From Escherichia coli (GTDB lineage Bacteria; Pseudomonadota; Gammaproteobacteria; Enterobacterales; Enterobacteriaceae): DNA of 64,000 nt. Numbering within the stretch: the stretch's first letter is position 1; every line of letters starts with the position of its first letter. The position numbers and the translations under genes were made by a program. The stretch is taken from assembly GCF_045037415.1 (NCBI RefSeq), contig NZ_CP173438.1. The stretch is one strand, 5' to 3'. This document shows, piece after piece, positions 62,795-64,000 of this stretch. The notes beneath the pieces were generated by a model. It saw only the letters and a program-made list of their open reading frames with translations. It was not told the DNA's origin and did no database searches.

Positions 62795-64000
62795 ATTTTT
62801 ACCCGAGTCGCTAATTTTTGCCGCAAGGTGCTAAGCCGCGAGGAAAGCGAGGCTGAACAGGCAGTCGCCCGTCCACAGGTGACGGTGATCCCGCGTGAGC
62901 AGCATGCTATTTCCCGCAAAGATATCAGTGAAAATGCCCTGAAGGTAATGTACAGGCTCAATAAAGCGGGATACGAAGCCTGGCTGGTTGGCGGCGGCGT
63001 GCGCGACCTGTTACTTGGCAAAAAGCCGAAAGATTTTGACGTAACCACTAACGCCACGCCTGAACAGGTACGTAAACTGTTCCGTAACTGCCGTCTGGTG
63101 GGTCGCCGTTTCCGTCTGGCTCATGTGATGTTTGGCCCGGAGATTATCGAAGTTGCGACCTTCCGTGGACATCACGAAGGTAACGTCAGCGACCGCACGA
63201 CCTCCCAACGCGGGCAAAACGGTATGTTGCTGCGCGACAACATTTTCGGCTCCATCGAAGAAGACGCCCAGCGCCGCGATTTCACTATCAACAGCCTGTA
63301 TTACAGCGTGGCAGATTTTACCGTCCGTGATTACGTTGGCGGCATGAAGGATCTGAAAGACGGCGTTATCCGTCTGATTGGTAACCCGGAAACGCGCTAC
63401 CGTGAAGATCCGGTACGTATGCTCCGCGCGGTTCGTTTTGCCGCCAAATTGGGCATGCGCATCAGCCCGGAAACCGCCGAGCCGATCCCACGCCTGGCAA
63501 CCTTACTGAACGATATCCCACCGGCACGTCTGTTTGAAGAATCGCTGAAACTGTTGCAAGCGGGCTACGGTTACGAAACCTATAAGCTGCTGTGTGAATA
63601 TCATCTGTTCCAGCCGCTGTTCCCGACCATTACCCGCTACTTCACGGAAAATGGCGACAGCCCGATGGAACGCATTATTGAGCAGGTACTGAAGAATACC
63701 GATACGCGTATCCATAACGATATGCGCGTGAACCCGGCGTTCCTGTTTGCCGCCATGTTCTGGTACCCATTGCTGGAGACGGCACAGAAAATTGCTCAGG
63801 AGAGCGGCCTGACCTATCACGACGCTTTCGCACTGGCGATGAACGACGTGCTGGACGAAGCCTGCCGTTCACTGGCGATCCCGAAACGTCTGACTACGCT
63901 AACTCGCGATATCTGGCAGTTGCAGTTGCGTATGTCCCGTCGTCAGGGTAAACGCGCATGGAAACTGCTGGAGCATCCTAAGTTCCGTGCGGCATACGAC
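62795..64000 (+). CDS. pcnB: poly(A) polymerase I, N-terminal 402 codons (3' end outside window); non-canonical AUU initiation codon
   Basis: Frame open from ATT at 62795 to the window end; translation (I/M)[21 protein letters not shown]...KFRAAYD matches PcnB; absent from ORF track because there is no in-window stop. Confidence 0.9.
   Translation, partial: MFTRVANFCRKVLSREESEAEQAVARPQVTVIPREQHAISRKDISENALKVMYRLNKAGYEAWLVGGGVRDLLLGKKPKDFDVTTNATPEQVRKLFRNCRLVGRRFRLAHVMFGPEIIEVATFRGHHEGNVSDRTTSQRGQNGMLLRDNIFGSIEEDAQRRDFTINSLYYSVADFTVRDYVGGMKDLKDGVIRLIGNPETRYREDPVRMLRAVRFAAKLGMRISPETAEPIPRLATLLNDIPPARLFEESLKLLQAGYGYETYKLLCEYHLFQPLFPTITRYFTENGDSPMERIIEQVLKNTDTRIHNDMRVNPAFLFAAMFWYPLLETAQKIAQESGLTYHDAFALAMNDVLDEACRSLAIPKRLTTLTRDIWQLQLRMSRRQGKRAWKLLEHPKFRAAYD

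Overview
This window is Escherichia coli-type core chromosome, in reverse-complement orientation relative to the K-12 map, with 55 protein-coding genes from the 3' part of proS to the 5' part of pcnB. Gene order is proS-yaeF / nlpE-arfB-yaeQ / yaeP-rof / tilS-yaeR-ldcC-accA-dnaE-rnhB-lpxB-lpxA-fabZ-lpxD-skp-bamA-rseP-cdsA-uppS-dxr-frr-pyrH-tsf-rpsB / map-glnD-dapD-yaeH / cdaR-degP-dgt / mtn-btuF-yadS / erpA-clcA / hemL / fhuBDCA / fimbrial islet / mrcB-hrpB / ligT-sfsA-dksA-gluQ-pcnB. Two things depart from the conserved core. First, a ~5.2 kb AT-rich block of four co-directional genes (major pilin, PapD-like chaperone, usher, two-domain tip adhesin) sits between fhuA and mrcB, where K-12 as I recall it has only a short intergenic spacer; this is the best candidate for an uncharacterised system. 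Second, the essential gene tilS is split into two overlapping ORFs by a 1-nt shortfall in a C5/G5 homopolymer, which is either a sequencing error or a real lesion. FhuA carries divergent surface-loop segments, and several intergenic regions (including the expected yaeI position) are shorter than I remember for K-12, so this is a non-K-12 isolate. I found no rRNA, tRNA, CRISPR array, IS/transposase or integrase. All gene identities rest on reading the supplied translations and on synteny; no database search was run.
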